The notes under the pieces are model-generated. The model did not search any database. It was given only the letters and a program-made list of their open reading frames with translations, and had not been told where the DNA came from. From Candidatus Eiseniibacteriota bacterium (GTDB lineage Bacteria; Eisenbacteria; RBG-16-71-46; CAVPCR01), in the NCBI GenBank assembly GCA_963702435.1, contig CAVPCR010000001.1:864001-928000 (forward strand): 64,000 bases of DNA. The letters run 5' to 3'. Position numbers and translations under genes: made by a program. This document shows positions 32,602-42,452 of the stretch, in pieces. Each line of letters starts with the position of its first letter. Within the stretch, counting starts at the first letter, position 1.

Positions 32602-34242
32602 TTATCCTTCAGGCAAGGGCACGGCGGCGGATCCCGCCGCGGTGAGTCGCCGGAGCTCGGCGTCCGCCTTGGCGACGCGGACGAGAGCTTGCGAGTAACG
32701 CTGCTGGGCGGTGGCCAGATCGCCGGCGAGCCGCACGAGCTCGAAGGCCGTCGTGCGACCGGCCTGGTATTCGAGGGAACCGATGCGCACCTGCTCGATG
32801 GCGGCATCCACGCCGTTCTCGGCCGCGGCGAGCCGCCGCTCCGAGTTGGCCAGCTCGCGATGGACGGCCCGCACGTCCTCCTCGAGGATGTTTCGTACCT
32901 CGCGGTAACGCTCCTCGGCGCGCCGCACCTCGGCGCGCAGCCGGTCGCGTTCGCCGCGTCCTTCGCGGAGGAAGAGCGGGAACTCGACGAGCACCCCGGC
33001 GCTCCAGTTGGGGAATCGGCGATCGAGCGCGTCGCCTACCGCCTCGCCGCGATCGCCGGTGAACCGCGTGCGCAGGGTGTCGGCGCCGAAGGACACCTCC
33101 TGCGCATCGCCGGAGAGGCCGACGCCACCGAGAGAGCCGTAGAGATCGAGCATGGGGAGCGCATCCCACGCGGCGCCGTCGGCGAGCGCCTGCACCGCCG
33201 CGACGTCGCGCTCGCGGGCGGCGAGCTCGCGGTTCCAGCGAACGGCGCGCGCGACCAGCGTGTCAGGAGGTTCCACGGCGAAGCGGCGCGGCGGCTCCGC
33301 GGTCGGCCGGTAGCGGAGAAAGTCGGGAGTCGGGCGCCGGCCGAGGAGCGATGCGAGGTTGTCCGAGATGCGATCCATCTCCTCTTCGCGATCGATCACC
33401 GACTGCTCCTGCTCGGCGAGGAAGACCCGGGCGTTGGCGACATCGCCGGGACCAACGAGGCCCGCTCCGGCGCGGAGCTCCGCCTGGCGGGCCAGCGCTT
33501 CGGCGCCGTCGCGGATCAACCGCTGCACGGCGAGATTGCGCGCGGCCGCGTAGAGGTCCCAGTAGGTGCGTTCGACATCCGAGCGTACGGTGAGGATCGC
33601 ATCCACGTAGCGCTCGTTCGCTGCTTCAAGGTCGCGCTCGCTGGCCGAAAGTTCCATGTGGGCTGCCGGGCCGAATCCCTTGAGCACGGGCTGGCGGACC
33701 GCGAGCTTGCCGGCGGCGTCGTACTGGGGGTCGAGCCCCGCGAACTCCGAGTTGGTGGCAAGGCGCGAACTCTCGAGCGCCGCCGTGATCTCGGTGCCGG
33801 TCTGCGGGACCGTGACACCCAGTCCTCCGGTGAGAGCCGACGCCTCGTTGTCGACCACGTCCGGACGAGCAAACGGCGACGCTGAGGGCACTTCATCCCC
33901 GCGCCAGTCGGCGCCGGCGAAGAGCGTGGGATCGAAGGTCCCCTTCTCGCGCCGGACCGCCCCGCGCGCCGCATAGAGCGCGGCCTCCGCGTCGCGGGCG
34001 AGGGTCGAGTTGGCGATCCCCCATTCGACCGCCGGATCGAGCGCAAGCGGGTCGCCCTCGATCTCGGCGAGCGCGAGCGCGAGCGCGCTGTCGGGATTGG
34101 CGATGAGGCCCGGGCGCGGCGGCGCGGGCTGCGCGGTGGCAGGTGCAGAGGGCGCGCCGCGCTCGGCCTGGGCCTCTGCCTTCACGGCGACGACCCACAG
34201 CAAGGCGAGAACGCCCAGAGCAACGGGACGGACCAGGTTCAT
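32602..34242 (-). CDS. TolC-family outer membrane channel
   Basis: Signal peptide; [38 protein letters not shown]; heads the MFP/RND operon. Confidence 0.88.
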   Translation of the reverse strand: MNLVRPVALGVLALLWVVAVKAEAQAERGAPSAPATAQPAPPRPGLIANPDSALALALAEIEGDPLALDPAVEWGIANSTLARDAEAALYAARGAVRREKGTFDPTLFAGADWRGDEVPSASPFARPDVVDNEASALTGGLGVTVPQTGTEITAALESSRLATNSEFAGLDPQYDAAGKLAVRQPVLKGFGPAAHMELSASERDLEAANERYVDAILTVRSDVERTYWDLYAAARNLAVQRLIRDGAEALARQAELRAGAGLVGPGDVANARVFLAEQEQSVIDREEEMDRISDNLASLLGRRPTPDFLRYRPTAEPPRRFAVEPPDTLVARAVRWNRELAARERDVAAVQALADGAAWDALPMLDLYGSLGGVGLSGDAQEVSFGADTLRTRFTGDRGEAVGDALDRRFPNWSAGVLVEFPLFLREGRGERDRLRAEVRRAEERYREVRNILEEDVRAVHRELANSERRLAAAENGVDAAIEQVRIGSLEYQAGRTTAFELVRLAGDLATAQQRYSQALVRVAKADAELRRLTAAGSAAVPLPEG

Positions 34243-34657
34243 AGACCTACTTCTCGATCCTTGAGGGCACGGACCCGGAGGGCCCTTTAGGCCGAGCGCC
34301 GAGGCAAGCGGGGGGCCTGCAGCGCGGAGGGGAGATCACGACTCGATGATGCGCTAGCATACCACGGTGGGCGACCCGGAGCGCGGCCCCGGCGACGGCC
34401 CCCGGTGGGGAGGTCGGCCGACACGGAAAGTTGACTTCTTCCTGCGTTTTTCGCCGGAGGCCCTCGACCGGTCGATTCCTGACCACCTGGCGGGCGCGGG
34501 AGACCCGCGCCACCACCGCTCACGCGAAGGCGAGCCCCCACCCGCCGGAACGGGGCGGTGGCTTGAAACGGCCCGCGAATCGCCCGAGAATCCCCAAGAG
34601 TCGGAGTCGCCCGACGCGGTAGCAGCCCGCGCCGTCCCCTGTCCGGAGCGCTCCCCG

Positions 34658-35486
34658 ATGACCAAGAAGGCCGCCTGGCTCACCGACATCCACCTCGACT
34701 GGCTCGGTTCATCCGATGAGATCGACGCGCTGGCCCGGCAGGTGCTCGCTTTCTCTCCCCAGTGCGTCTTCCTGAGCGGCGACACGAGCCTCGCGCCGCG
34801 CCTCGCCGCGGATCTCGACGCGCTCGCCGAGCGCCTCCGCCTCCCGGTCTTCTTCGTCCTCGGCAACCACGACTTCTATGGCGGCTCGATCGCGGAGACG
34901 AGAGCGCTGGCCAGATCGTTGAGCGCCGAATCCCCGTGGCTCACGCTGGCTGTCGTGCTCGGAGCCGGTCGCGTTGACCAGAACGACCGGTCTCATCGGA
35001 CACGACGGGTGGGGGGACGGACGCCTGGGGAGCGGAGCCCGCTCGCCGATCGTGCTCAGCGACTTCTATCTGATCAGCGAACTGAGCGATCGCATCGGCG
35101 AGTCGGACGGTCTCCCCACCGGGGCCTTGTTTGCGCAGCTCAACGCGCTCGGGGATGAAGCCGCGCGTCACATCTCCCGGGTGCTACCCGCCGCGCTGAC
35201 CCGGTTCCGACACGTGCTGCTGGTCACGCATGTACCGCCCTTCCGGGAGTCGTGCTGGCATGACGGCCGCATCTCGGATGACGACTGGCTGCCGCACTTC
35301 ACCTGCCAGGCGGTCGGCGACGTTCTCCTCGATGTCATGACGTCGCACCCTGCGCATGAGCTCACCGTCCTGTGCGGGCACACGCACAGCCCGGGCCTGG
35401 CGCGGATCCGGCCGAACCTGCTCGTGAAGACCGGCGGCGCCACCTACGGAGAACCGGCCGTCCAGGACGTCCTGGCCGTCGAATAG
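34658..35486 (+). CDS. Calcineurin-like metallophosphoesterase (Icc-like); frameshift near 34946
   Basis: TDIHLD, SGD, GNHD in the first frame, then GHDGWGDGR, THVPPF, CGHTH in the next frame. Confidence 0.88.
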
Positions 35487-35648
35487 ACGGCCGGCGAGGA
35501 AAACACGCGCTCGCAACGGGTTGCCCTGGACTGTCACCAGGGCGCCGGGTCGAACGTTGATCGGGTGGCAGGCGACGCTCGAGGGCGCGGGGCCCGGACG
35601 ATCCAGGATCCGGGCCGGCCGCCCGCGGGAGGCGCCGCGAGAGGAGAG

Positions 35649-37976
35649 ATGACCATGTCGGAACCAGCGCTCGCCCAGAGACCCGCCCCGCCGGCGGCCA
35701 CCGGCCTCGTCGCGGTGGACGGCCGCAGTTTTCCGCTCCGCGCCGCCGCGATCCGCGCCACGGCCGGAGGTGGCATCGCTCGCACCGTCTTCACGCAGAG
35801 CTACGCGAACCCGTACTTCGAGCCGCTCGAGGTGCTCTACACGCTGCCGCTCCCCGCCGACGGCGCGGTCGTCGGCTACACGATCCATCTCGGGGAGAAG
35901 GTCATCACCGGTCAGATCGAGAAGCGAGAGACGGCCGCGAAGATGTACGCAGAGGCGCTCGCCGCCGGCCGCATGGCTGGCCTCTTGAGCGCGGAGCGCG
36001 CTGACACCTTCACCCAGAAGCTCGGGAATCTGCCCCCGGGCGCGGAAGTTCGCGTCGAGATCGAGGTCCTCCATCCGCTCGCCTTCCTGCCGGCGGTTGC
36101 GAACCCGCCGGCCACTGACGCTCGCTGGCAGTACCGTTTCCCGACCGTGGTCGGCGTCCGCTACGAGGGCGCACCGGGCCGCGTCCCGGATGCGAGCCTC
36201 CTCGATGTGGAGCGCGCCGATCCGCACGGCACCCCCGTGCGTCTCGATCTCGACCTCCTGGTCGAGGACGGCGAACCCTCGCTCCTGGCACCGCGCTCGA
36301 CGAGCCACGCGCTTGCGACGGCGGCCGCCGCCCGTGCGGCGACCCGCGTCACGCTCGATGCTCCCGCGCGTCTCGACCGCGATCTCGTCGTCGAGTGGCG
36401 CGCGGGGTCCGCGGCCGGAGCCCCCGGAGAAGTCGGCGTGCGCCTGGTCGAGGGACCGGGCCTCCCGGGCGATGACGGCCGTTACGGCCTCCTCACCATC
36501 ACGCCGCCGGCGCGTCCGGCCCGCACCTTCGCCCGCGACCTCACCATCCTCATCGATGCGAGCGGCTCGATGGGGGGGCCGCCGATCGCCGCCGCCAAGG
36601 CGCTGGCCCGACGCCTGCTCGCGGACCTCGGGCCGGAGGACCGCTTCGAGCTTCTGGCCTTCGCGAGTCAGATGGCCAGGCTCGTCCCCGGACCGGTCGC
36701 CGCCGACGAGCACAACCGGCGCCGGGCGAACGAGGCGCTCGCTGCGCTCGCCGCCGGCGGCGGGACCGAGATGGCGTCGGCAGTCATGAATGCGCTGACC
36801 CCGCTCCGCGACAACTCGCAGCGCCAGGTCGTCCTCCTCTCCGACGGCTACATCGGCTTCGAGAGCGAGGTGGTCGGGAGAGTGCGGCAGTTGCTGCCGC
36901 CCGGGGCGCGGCTCCACACGGTGGGGATCGGCAGCGCGCCCAACCGCTCGCTCACGCAGGCTGCCGCGCGGGCCGGACGCGGAGTCGAGATCCTGATCGG
37001 CAGCGAGGACGAGGTGGAGCCGGCCGCCGCCCGGCTCCGCTCCGCCCTGGTCGGTCCCGTCCTCACCGATCTCGAGATCGGCGGATCGGCGGTGCGCGCG
37101 TGCGCACCGGCCCGCCCGCGCGATGTCCTCGCCGGCGAGCCGCTCGTCCTCGCCATCGAGCTCGCGACGACAGGTGGCTCGCTCGCCGTGGCGGGCCGCC
37201 TGGCCGGAACCGCCGGGAGGTGGGCGGAACGGATCGACGTTCGGGCCGGCACAGATATTCACCTGTCAACGCAGATTCCTATCGGCGCTCTCTTCGGACG
37301 TGAAGCGATCGCGGATGTGGAGATGCAGATCGCCGCCGCGGCTCACGACAGCGACGCGCCGTCCGCGCTGGTCGATGGAATCGAGGCGCTCGGCCTCCGC
37401 CACCGGATCGCGAGCCGGCGCACGAGCCTCATCGCGATCGCCGAGGAGCCGAGCGTGGATCCGCGGGCGCCGCGCCGGCGCGAGCGGCTGCCGGTCGAGA
37501 TCCCGGCCGGGGTGAGCGCCGAGGGGGTCGGGCTCGGGGGGCCGATGGTGCGCGAGCGTGGCCTGGGGGTGGCGTTTCATGCCGGGCCCGACATGGTCCG
37601 GATGCTGCGCGGCGCACGCGGGCGCGACTTGTTCGCGGGCACGGATCTGCGTGCGGCGGACGCGGCGGCCATCGAGATCGAGGCGCGGGTGACGCGCCGC
37701 GACGGAGATCTCCTCGTCCTCGAGTTCGAGGTGCCGGCAGCGGGGATCGTCATCCCGGGCCGCGAGGACGGGCTCACGGTCATCCTGGTCGACGGGACGA
37801 CGATCGAGGCCCGCGTGGACGAGAGCCTCAGCACGCGCCCCGGCCGGCACGCGCCCGGGCTCACGCTCCGCCTCGCGCTCCTCACGGCGGGCGGCGAGAC
37901 CTGGCCCGCCGCTCCGCTCGCCGCCATCACCTGGGACCAGGAACGCCTGGCCGTCCACATCACCGCCGAACCCTGA
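35649..37976 (+). CDS. VIT + vWA domain protein (inter-alpha-trypsin-inhibitor-like)
   Basis: VIT region (QSYANP..LEVLYTLPLP, FTQKLGNLPPG); MIDAS DASGSMGG, GGGTEM, LLSDG, VGIGSAPN. Confidence 0.9.
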   Translation: MTMSEPALAQRPAPPAATGLVAVDGRSFPLRAAAIRATAGGGIARTVFTQSYANPYFEPLEVLYTLPLPADGAVVGYTIHLGEKVITGQIEKRETAAKMYAEALAAGRMAGLLSAERADTFTQKLGNLPPGAEVRVEIEVLHPLAFLPAVANPPATDARWQYRFPTVVGVRYEGAPGRVPDASLLDVERADPHGTPVRLDLDLLVEDGEPSLLAPRSTSHALATAAAARAATRVTLDAPARLDRDLVVEWRAGSAAGAPGEVGVRLVEGPGLPGDDGRYGLLTITPPARPARTFARDLTILIDASGSMGGPPIAAAKALARRLLADLGPEDRFELLAFASQMARLVPGPVAADEHNRRRANEALAALAAGGGTEMASAVMNALTPLRDNSQRQVVLLSDGYIGFESEVVGRVRQLLPPGARLHTVGIGSAPNRSLTQAAARAGRGVEILIGSEDEVEPAAARLRSALVGPVLTDLEIGGSAVRACAPARPRDVLAGEPLVLAIELATTGGSLAVAGRLAGTAGRWAERIDVRAGTDIHLSTQIPIGALFGREAIADVEMQIAAAAHDSDAPSALVDGIEALGLRHRIASRRTSLIAIAEEPSVDPRAPRRRERLPVEIPAGVSAEGVGLGGPMVRERGLGVAFHAGPDMVRMLRGARGRDLFAGTDLRAADAAAIEIEARVTRRDGDLLVLEFEVPAAGIVIPGREDGLTVILVDGTTIEARVDESLSTRPGRHAPGLTLRLALLTAGGETWPAAPLAAITWDQERLAVHITAEP

Positions 37977-37977
37977 C

Positions 37978-38589
37978 ATGACGGAAGAGACGCAAAGGGA
38001 GTCGAACGGTCCGGTCGAGATCACCGATCTCGACCGGGCCTTCGCCGCGGTGCGTGAAGGCGACGCGCGCGCCTTCGCGGTCTGGCTCGGCCATGCGGAG
38101 ATGCCGCTCCGCGCGAGTCTTCGCCCCTTCGCGCGCGCGCTCGATGTCGAAGCGGTGTTGCAGGAAGGTCTCCTCCGCATGTGGGTGCTCGCGCCGACTC
38201 TCGCCCTGAGCGGGCGGAACGCGTCGCTCCGCTACGCGCTCCGCCTTTTCCGGAACCTCGCGCTCGACGAGACCCGCCGCCTTCGCCGCCTCGAGCCGCT
38301 CGACATGGCAGCGCTCGAGCGGATGCCCGAGGCGAGCGTTCCTCCCGATCCGACCCCCGACCCCGGGCTCCGCGCCGCCATCCTCCGCTGCCTCGAGCAG
38401 CTCAAGGGGAAGCCACGCGCGGCGCTCGGCGCGCGCCTCGAGGACGCCGGTCGCTCATCCGACCGCGAGCTCGCAGCCGCCCTCCGCATGACCGCGAACA
38501 CTTTCTTACAAAACGTGGTCCGCGCCCGCCGCGCGATGGCGCAGTGTCTCGAACGGGCCGGCATCTCCCTGAGCGAGGTCACATCATGA
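37978..38589 (+). CDS. ECF-type RNA polymerase sigma factor (divergent)
   Basis: GDARAF, DVEAVLQEGLLRMW, RNLALDETRR (region 2); CLEQL...RELAAAL...RARRAMAQCLE (region 4). Confidence 0.72.
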   Translation: MTEETQRESNGPVEITDLDRAFAAVREGDARAFAVWLGHAEMPLRASLRPFARALDVEAVLQEGLLRMWVLAPTLALSGRNASLRYALRLFRNLALDETRRLRRLEPLDMAALERMPEASVPPDPTPDPGLRAAILRCLEQLKGKPRAALGARLEDAGRSSDRELAAALRMTANTFLQNVVRARRAMAQCLERAGISLSEVTS

Positions 38590-38843
38590 ACGCGCGTGAC
38601 GAGCAGGACGCCCTCGTCGAGGCGGCGCTCGGCGCCTTCCGCGAGCGCGATCCGGCGAGCGGGGCCATCAGACCGTCGCCCGCCTTCCTCGACTTGCCAC
38701 CCGCCGCGTGCGACGAGCTCTTCGCGCGCCAGACGGCGAGCCGCCACCTCGAGCGGGCGGCACATCCATCGGGGCTCTCGACGACTGCGCGCGCAGTGAT
38801 CAGACGGCTCACGCGCGTTGGCCAGTTTCCGGTGCTAGGATGA
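38586..38843 (+). CDS. Small hypothetical protein coupled to the ECF gene
   Basis: ATGA overlap with the sigma stop; MNARDEQDALVEAALGAFRERD...GLSTTARAVIRRL. Confidence 0.65.
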   Translation: MNARDEQDALVEAALGAFRERDPASGAIRPSPAFLDLPPAACDELFARQTASRHLERAAHPSGLSTTARAVIRRLTRVGQFPVLG

Positions 38844-38885
38844 TCGCCGCTTCGCCACCAAGAGGGCCGCAGGGGGAGGGGACGC

Positions 38886-39305
38886 ATGAGGAACTGGATG
38901 GCGCTGGCGATTCTCCTCGCCTGCTTCGCGCCGGCAGGATGCGGGGATGACGAGCTCGGACCACCAGAGGACGATCTCGTCGGCACGTGGAACGCGACGG
39001 CGATCGAGTTCGTGGGCAAGGCCGGCCAAGGCGCGGCCGACGCCCTCGCCACTGGGTGGAGCGCACGGCTCACGCTGGCGGCGGACAATACAGGCGAGCT
39101 CAGCGTCACGCGGAGCGACGCGACCTCCTGGACTTGGCCCGGTTCCTGGGAAGTCGATGCGGACCTCTTCCGGATCGCCGGCCAGGGGGCCGATATCAGC
39201 CTGAACGACGGCAACCTCCGGCTCGCCGGATTCGATTCCGCCTACGACTTCGACGACGACGGCACCGAGGAGCCTTCGAAGCTGAACCTCGTCCTGCGCC
39301 GCTGA
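38886..39305 (+). CDS. Lipoprotein with a lipocalin-like beta-barrel
   Basis: PAGC lipobox; LVGTW; GSWEVD; YDFDDDG acidic loop. Confidence 0.75.
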   Translation: MRNWMALAILLACFAPAGCGDDELGPPEDDLVGTWNATAIEFVGKAGQGAADALATGWSARLTLAADNTGELSVTRSDATSWTWPGSWEVDADLFRIAGQGADISLNDGNLRLAGFDSAYDFDDDGTEEPSKLNLVLRR

Positions 39306-39376
39306 TCGCGCGCGCGAACGGCGCGCGCGCGAACGGCGCGCAGCACCGTGTATCGGCGCGCAGCGCCCGGCCCGCA

Positions 39377-40063
39377 TCAGCGCGGGCGCCCGACCGGCAT
39401 GAGTCCGAGCGGCTCCTCGCCGGGCGGCAAACCGAGGGTCCGCGCGACCGCACCGTCGTCGAATGCGCCCACGATGCAGGTGCCGAGCCCGAGCGCGGTC
39501 GCCGCGAGGTAGACGTTCTCGACCGCGTGACCGACCTCCATGTCCACGTAGCGCTCGGCGCGATCGCCGTACTTGCGCGCGGTGCGCGCCTCGACGGCCG
39601 TGATGGCGATGATCGCGGGAGCGGTCGCCATCCACTCCTGATCGAGCGCGGCATCCGCGAGCGCGGCGCGGCGATCTCCGCTCGAGACGAGCACGAGCTC
39701 GTGACGGGCGGGAACGTACCGATAGATGCCCGCCGCGAGGCCCGTGACCTGACCCGCGACGAGATGCACCTCGAGCGGATAGAGGGCGCCGGCCGAGGGC
39801 GCGGTGCGCCCGCCGTCCGCGTCCGTCACGCCCTGCGCCGCCCACAGGAGCTGGGCCGCCGCGGCCAGATCCATCGGCGCGGGCGCGTACTCGCGTATGG
39901 AGCGGCGCGTGGCGAGCGCCTCGTTGAGCGTCATGCCGCCACCGGGCTGCGGGGCGGGGAGGCGCACGGGGGCAGCAGATTGGGTTTGCGTCATTGCTAA
40001 GTCTCCGGACGCGGACCAGAGCACGATGGCAACAAGGATGATGCAGCGAACCTTGGCTGTCAT
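39377..40063 (-). CDS. SagB/ThcOx-family nitroreductase-like flavoprotein
   Basis: RRSIREY, QLLWAAQG, RTAPSAGALYPLE, EVGHAVENVYL, GAFDD; hydrophobic N-terminus. Confidence 0.9.
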   Translation of the reverse strand: MTAKVRCIILVAIVLWSASGDLAMTQTQSAAPVRLPAPQPGGGMTLNEALATRRSIREYAPAPMDLAAAAQLLWAAQGVTDADGGRTAPSAGALYPLEVHLVAGQVTGLAAGIYRYVPARHELVLVSSGDRRAALADAALDQEWMATAPAIIAITAVEARTARKYGDRAERYVDMEVGHAVENVYLAATALGLGTCIVGAFDDGAVARTLGLPPGEEPLGLMPVGRPR

Positions 40064-40113
40064 GATCTCCTCGACGCTGGGATGAGCGCTGCCTTCATCT
40101 TCGCAATCAGCGA

Positions 40114-42135
40114 TCAGTCTCTCTCCTTCCCCCGGCGCCGCGGTCCCCGCTTCGTCGCGAGGTTCCGATCCGCATACGCCGCCACCTCGATCAGCTGCTC
40201 GAGCGGGCGTTCGAGCCGCGGATCCTGATGGCTGCGGAGGACGACCTCTTTCGCAAAGAGCATGGCGAGATAGCGCAGCTTGAGCGCCGACTGCTCGGCG
40301 ATGGCGCGATACTCGCGATGCCCCGAGTTGACCTGCCAGCGGCCGTCCTGCATGCGCGATCGCCACCCGGCCCCCGGCTGATGCACGAACTCCGGTTCGG
40401 GGATGCCCTCGTCGGTGCGCCCCGCTCCCGGGAGCTCGAACAGCACCTCGACCGGCGCCTCGGCGTGCGCCTCGCGGCCGCCCGCACGCCCGACCACCGC
40501 GAGCGTGCCGTCAGCCGCCTCGCTTGCCGCGCGAAGGCGCATGTGGGCGCCCGCGACGTCACCCTCGGCATGCACGAGAAAACCGACCGGACCGTCCACG
40601 GTCCAGACGAACTCGACCGGTTCGGTGAGCACGCGCTCGATGTCATCGACGGCGATCGCGCGCACGCGCCGCTCACCGCCGCACTCGACACGCACGAGCG
40701 CGGGAATGATACGCACCGCGGCGAGCGGCCCCGGCGGGAACAGGTACTCGGTCTGGTCGGAGAGCGGTGCGGGTGCGGGCGCCTCGTCATCGTGCGGGGC
40801 GGTGGGCGCCGCAGCTGCCTCCGCCGCAGCTGCCTCCGCCGTTGCCGCCTCCGCCGTCGGTCCGCCGCCGTGCTCCGCGGCGTCTCGGCGACCCTCCTCC
40901 TCCTCGCCACCCGCGGCGCCCTTGCCACCCGGTCCCGCGCCGCGATCGTGGCCGCCTTCGACGGGCAGGAGCGCATAGCGCGGCCGCTGCCGGTAGAAGT
41001 CACGGAAGGCGCGCTGCAGGTCCCGGATGAGCGAGCGATCGAGCTCGTCAGCACGCCGCCGTTCGAGATCGGCGAGAAGTTCCACGAGCATGGGCTCGAC
41101 GACCCGGAGCGCGCGCGCGAACTGCTCGGCGGCGTCGTCGACCACGATGCCGCGGCGGCTCCCGGGCGCGACCTGGAAGGCGGGGAAATCGACCATGCCC
41201 GAGAGCCGCGTGTCGTTCCACGGCGGGCGGTCGAGACCGAGCGGGGCGAGCGCGTGGAAGCTCTCGGCGACGAGAGTCCCTGCCGAGTAGACGGCGAGAC
41301 CATGCGGCTCGTCACCGGCACCGGCGGACTCCTCGCCGCTCAGATAGATCTCGAAGCGCACGGGCGGATGTCCGGGTACATCCACGGGCCCGATCCCTTC
41401 GAGCCGCTCGCCGAGGAAGCGCGGCGGCCTGACCGGCGTGAGCCGCTGCGCCCGTCCTCGCGCCATGCGATCTTCGATGAGAAGCTCGACATCGCGCGCG
41501 AGGAGCTGCCCGCGGAGCTCCGCCGCGAGGTAGTCGGCGGCGCGGCGGCCGACGAGGGCGCCGAGCGCGCCGCGATGCAGATCCACGATCACGATCTCGG
41601 TCCAGCATTCATCGAGCGGCAGGCGGCCGCGGAGCGGCTCGATCAGGAAGTCGTCCTTGTCCCGATGGAGGACGAGCCGGTGCGCGCGCTGCCCGGGCAC
41701 GCTGGTCCGCATCTCGAGCACCTGGCCCAGGCTCCAGAAGCCGAGGAGCCCGATCCCGTATTGCCCCTGCGTCATGAGCTGGAGGCGCTGCTCCGGAGAG
41801 AGATCGCGTTTCCGGCTGTGGCCGATGTGGGTCGCGATGTAGCGGAGCGCCTCGGGTCGATCCATCTCCGGGATCACACCGCTGCCATCGTCGAAGATGC
41901 GGAGGCACGAGAGGCCCTTCTCGCGGAGACGCGTCACCCGGATGTGGTGCGCTCCCGCATCGAGGCTGTTCTGGACGAGCTCGGCGAGCGCCTTCCGCGG
42001 ATCGGGCTGGCTGAGCGCCAGCCAGCGGATGAGCTCGAAGGGGTCGTGCGCGCGCACGCGCCCGGTGACGGCATCGGCCGGCTTGCTCGTTCGCCGGCGG
42101 CGCGGGCGGGGGGCCTCGTCCGGGGGCAGCACCAT
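40114..42135 (-). CDS. GHKL (MORC/Hsp90-like HATPase) protein with an Ig-like segment
   Basis: ALAELVQNSLDAG (motif I), FDDGSGV (II), GHSRK and GQYGIGLLG (III), TEIVI (IV). Confidence 0.82.
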   Translation of the reverse strand: MVLPPDEAPRPRRRRTSKPADAVTGRVRAHDPFELIRWLALSQPDPRKALAELVQNSLDAGAHHIRVTRLREKGLSCLRIFDDGSGVIPEMDRPEALRYIATHIGHSRKRDLSPEQRLQLMTQGQYGIGLLGFWSLGQVLEMRTSVPGQRAHRLVLHRDKDDFLIEPLRGRLPLDECWTEIVIVDLHRGALGALVGRRAADYLAAELRGQLLARDVELLIEDRMARGRAQRLTPVRPPRFLGERLEGIGPVDVPGHPPVRFEIYLSGEESAGAGDEPHGLAVYSAGTLVAESFHALAPLGLDRPPWNDTRLSGMVDFPAFQVAPGSRRGIVVDDAAEQFARALRVVEPMLVELLADLERRRADELDRSLIRDLQRAFRDFYRQRPRYALLPVEGGHDRGAGPGGKGAAGGEEEEGRRDAAEHGGGPTAEAATAEAAAAEAAAAPTAPHDDEAPAPAPLSDQTEYLFPPGPLAAVRIIPALVRVECGGERRVRAIAVDDIERVLTEPVEFVWTVDGPVGFLVHAEGDVAGAHMRLRAASEAADGTLAVVGRAGGREAHAEAPVEVLFELPGAGRTDEGIPEPEFVHQPGAGWRSRMQDGRWQVNSGHREYRAIAEQSALKLRYLAMLFAKEVVLRSHQDPRLERPLEQLIEVAAYADRNLATKRGPRRRGKERD

Positions 42136-42452
42136 GCCGGGCAGGATATCACGCGCCCGCCCCCGGCCGGCCGGGCCCCGGCCGCCGCACCGGCGGGACG
42201 GTGGTATGATCAGGTCGTGCGATCGGCGTGAGCTCGGGCGTGCTCGGGCCCGCGGATCGTGACGAAGTCGCCAGACCTCCCGGAGCCTGGCATGAGCTCC
42301 GCCGCATCGCCGGACCCACGATGCGCGGCCGCGCGGCTGTCATCGAGCCGCCCGCACTGCATCGTGAAGGTCCGTGCATGGACCGCGATGTGGTTTCTCT
42401 CCACTCGCCGGACCCAGTGCGCATCGCGCGCACCCGCGAAAGGAGATCGCTC

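Noticed and set aside
29403..32807. 1134-aa MFP-GlgB fusion
   Set aside because: The upstream part is an alternative frame of mfp. The MFP has its own stop at 31472 and GlgB starts at or after 31475.
34243..34657. Riboswitch or ncRNA in the tolC / phosphoesterase intergenic region
   Set aside because: Only generic GC-rich stems, with no recognisable conserved aptamer.
34930..34975. Programmed frameshifting at 24060, 34946 or 47982
   Set aside because: No slippery heptamer is seen, and the pattern matches the indel errors in acrB.
39377..40063. SagB/ThcOx gene as a RiPP (azole) biosynthetic cluster
   Set aside because: No YcaO, E1-like protein or precursor peptide nearby. It fits the standalone nitroreductase-like subgroup.
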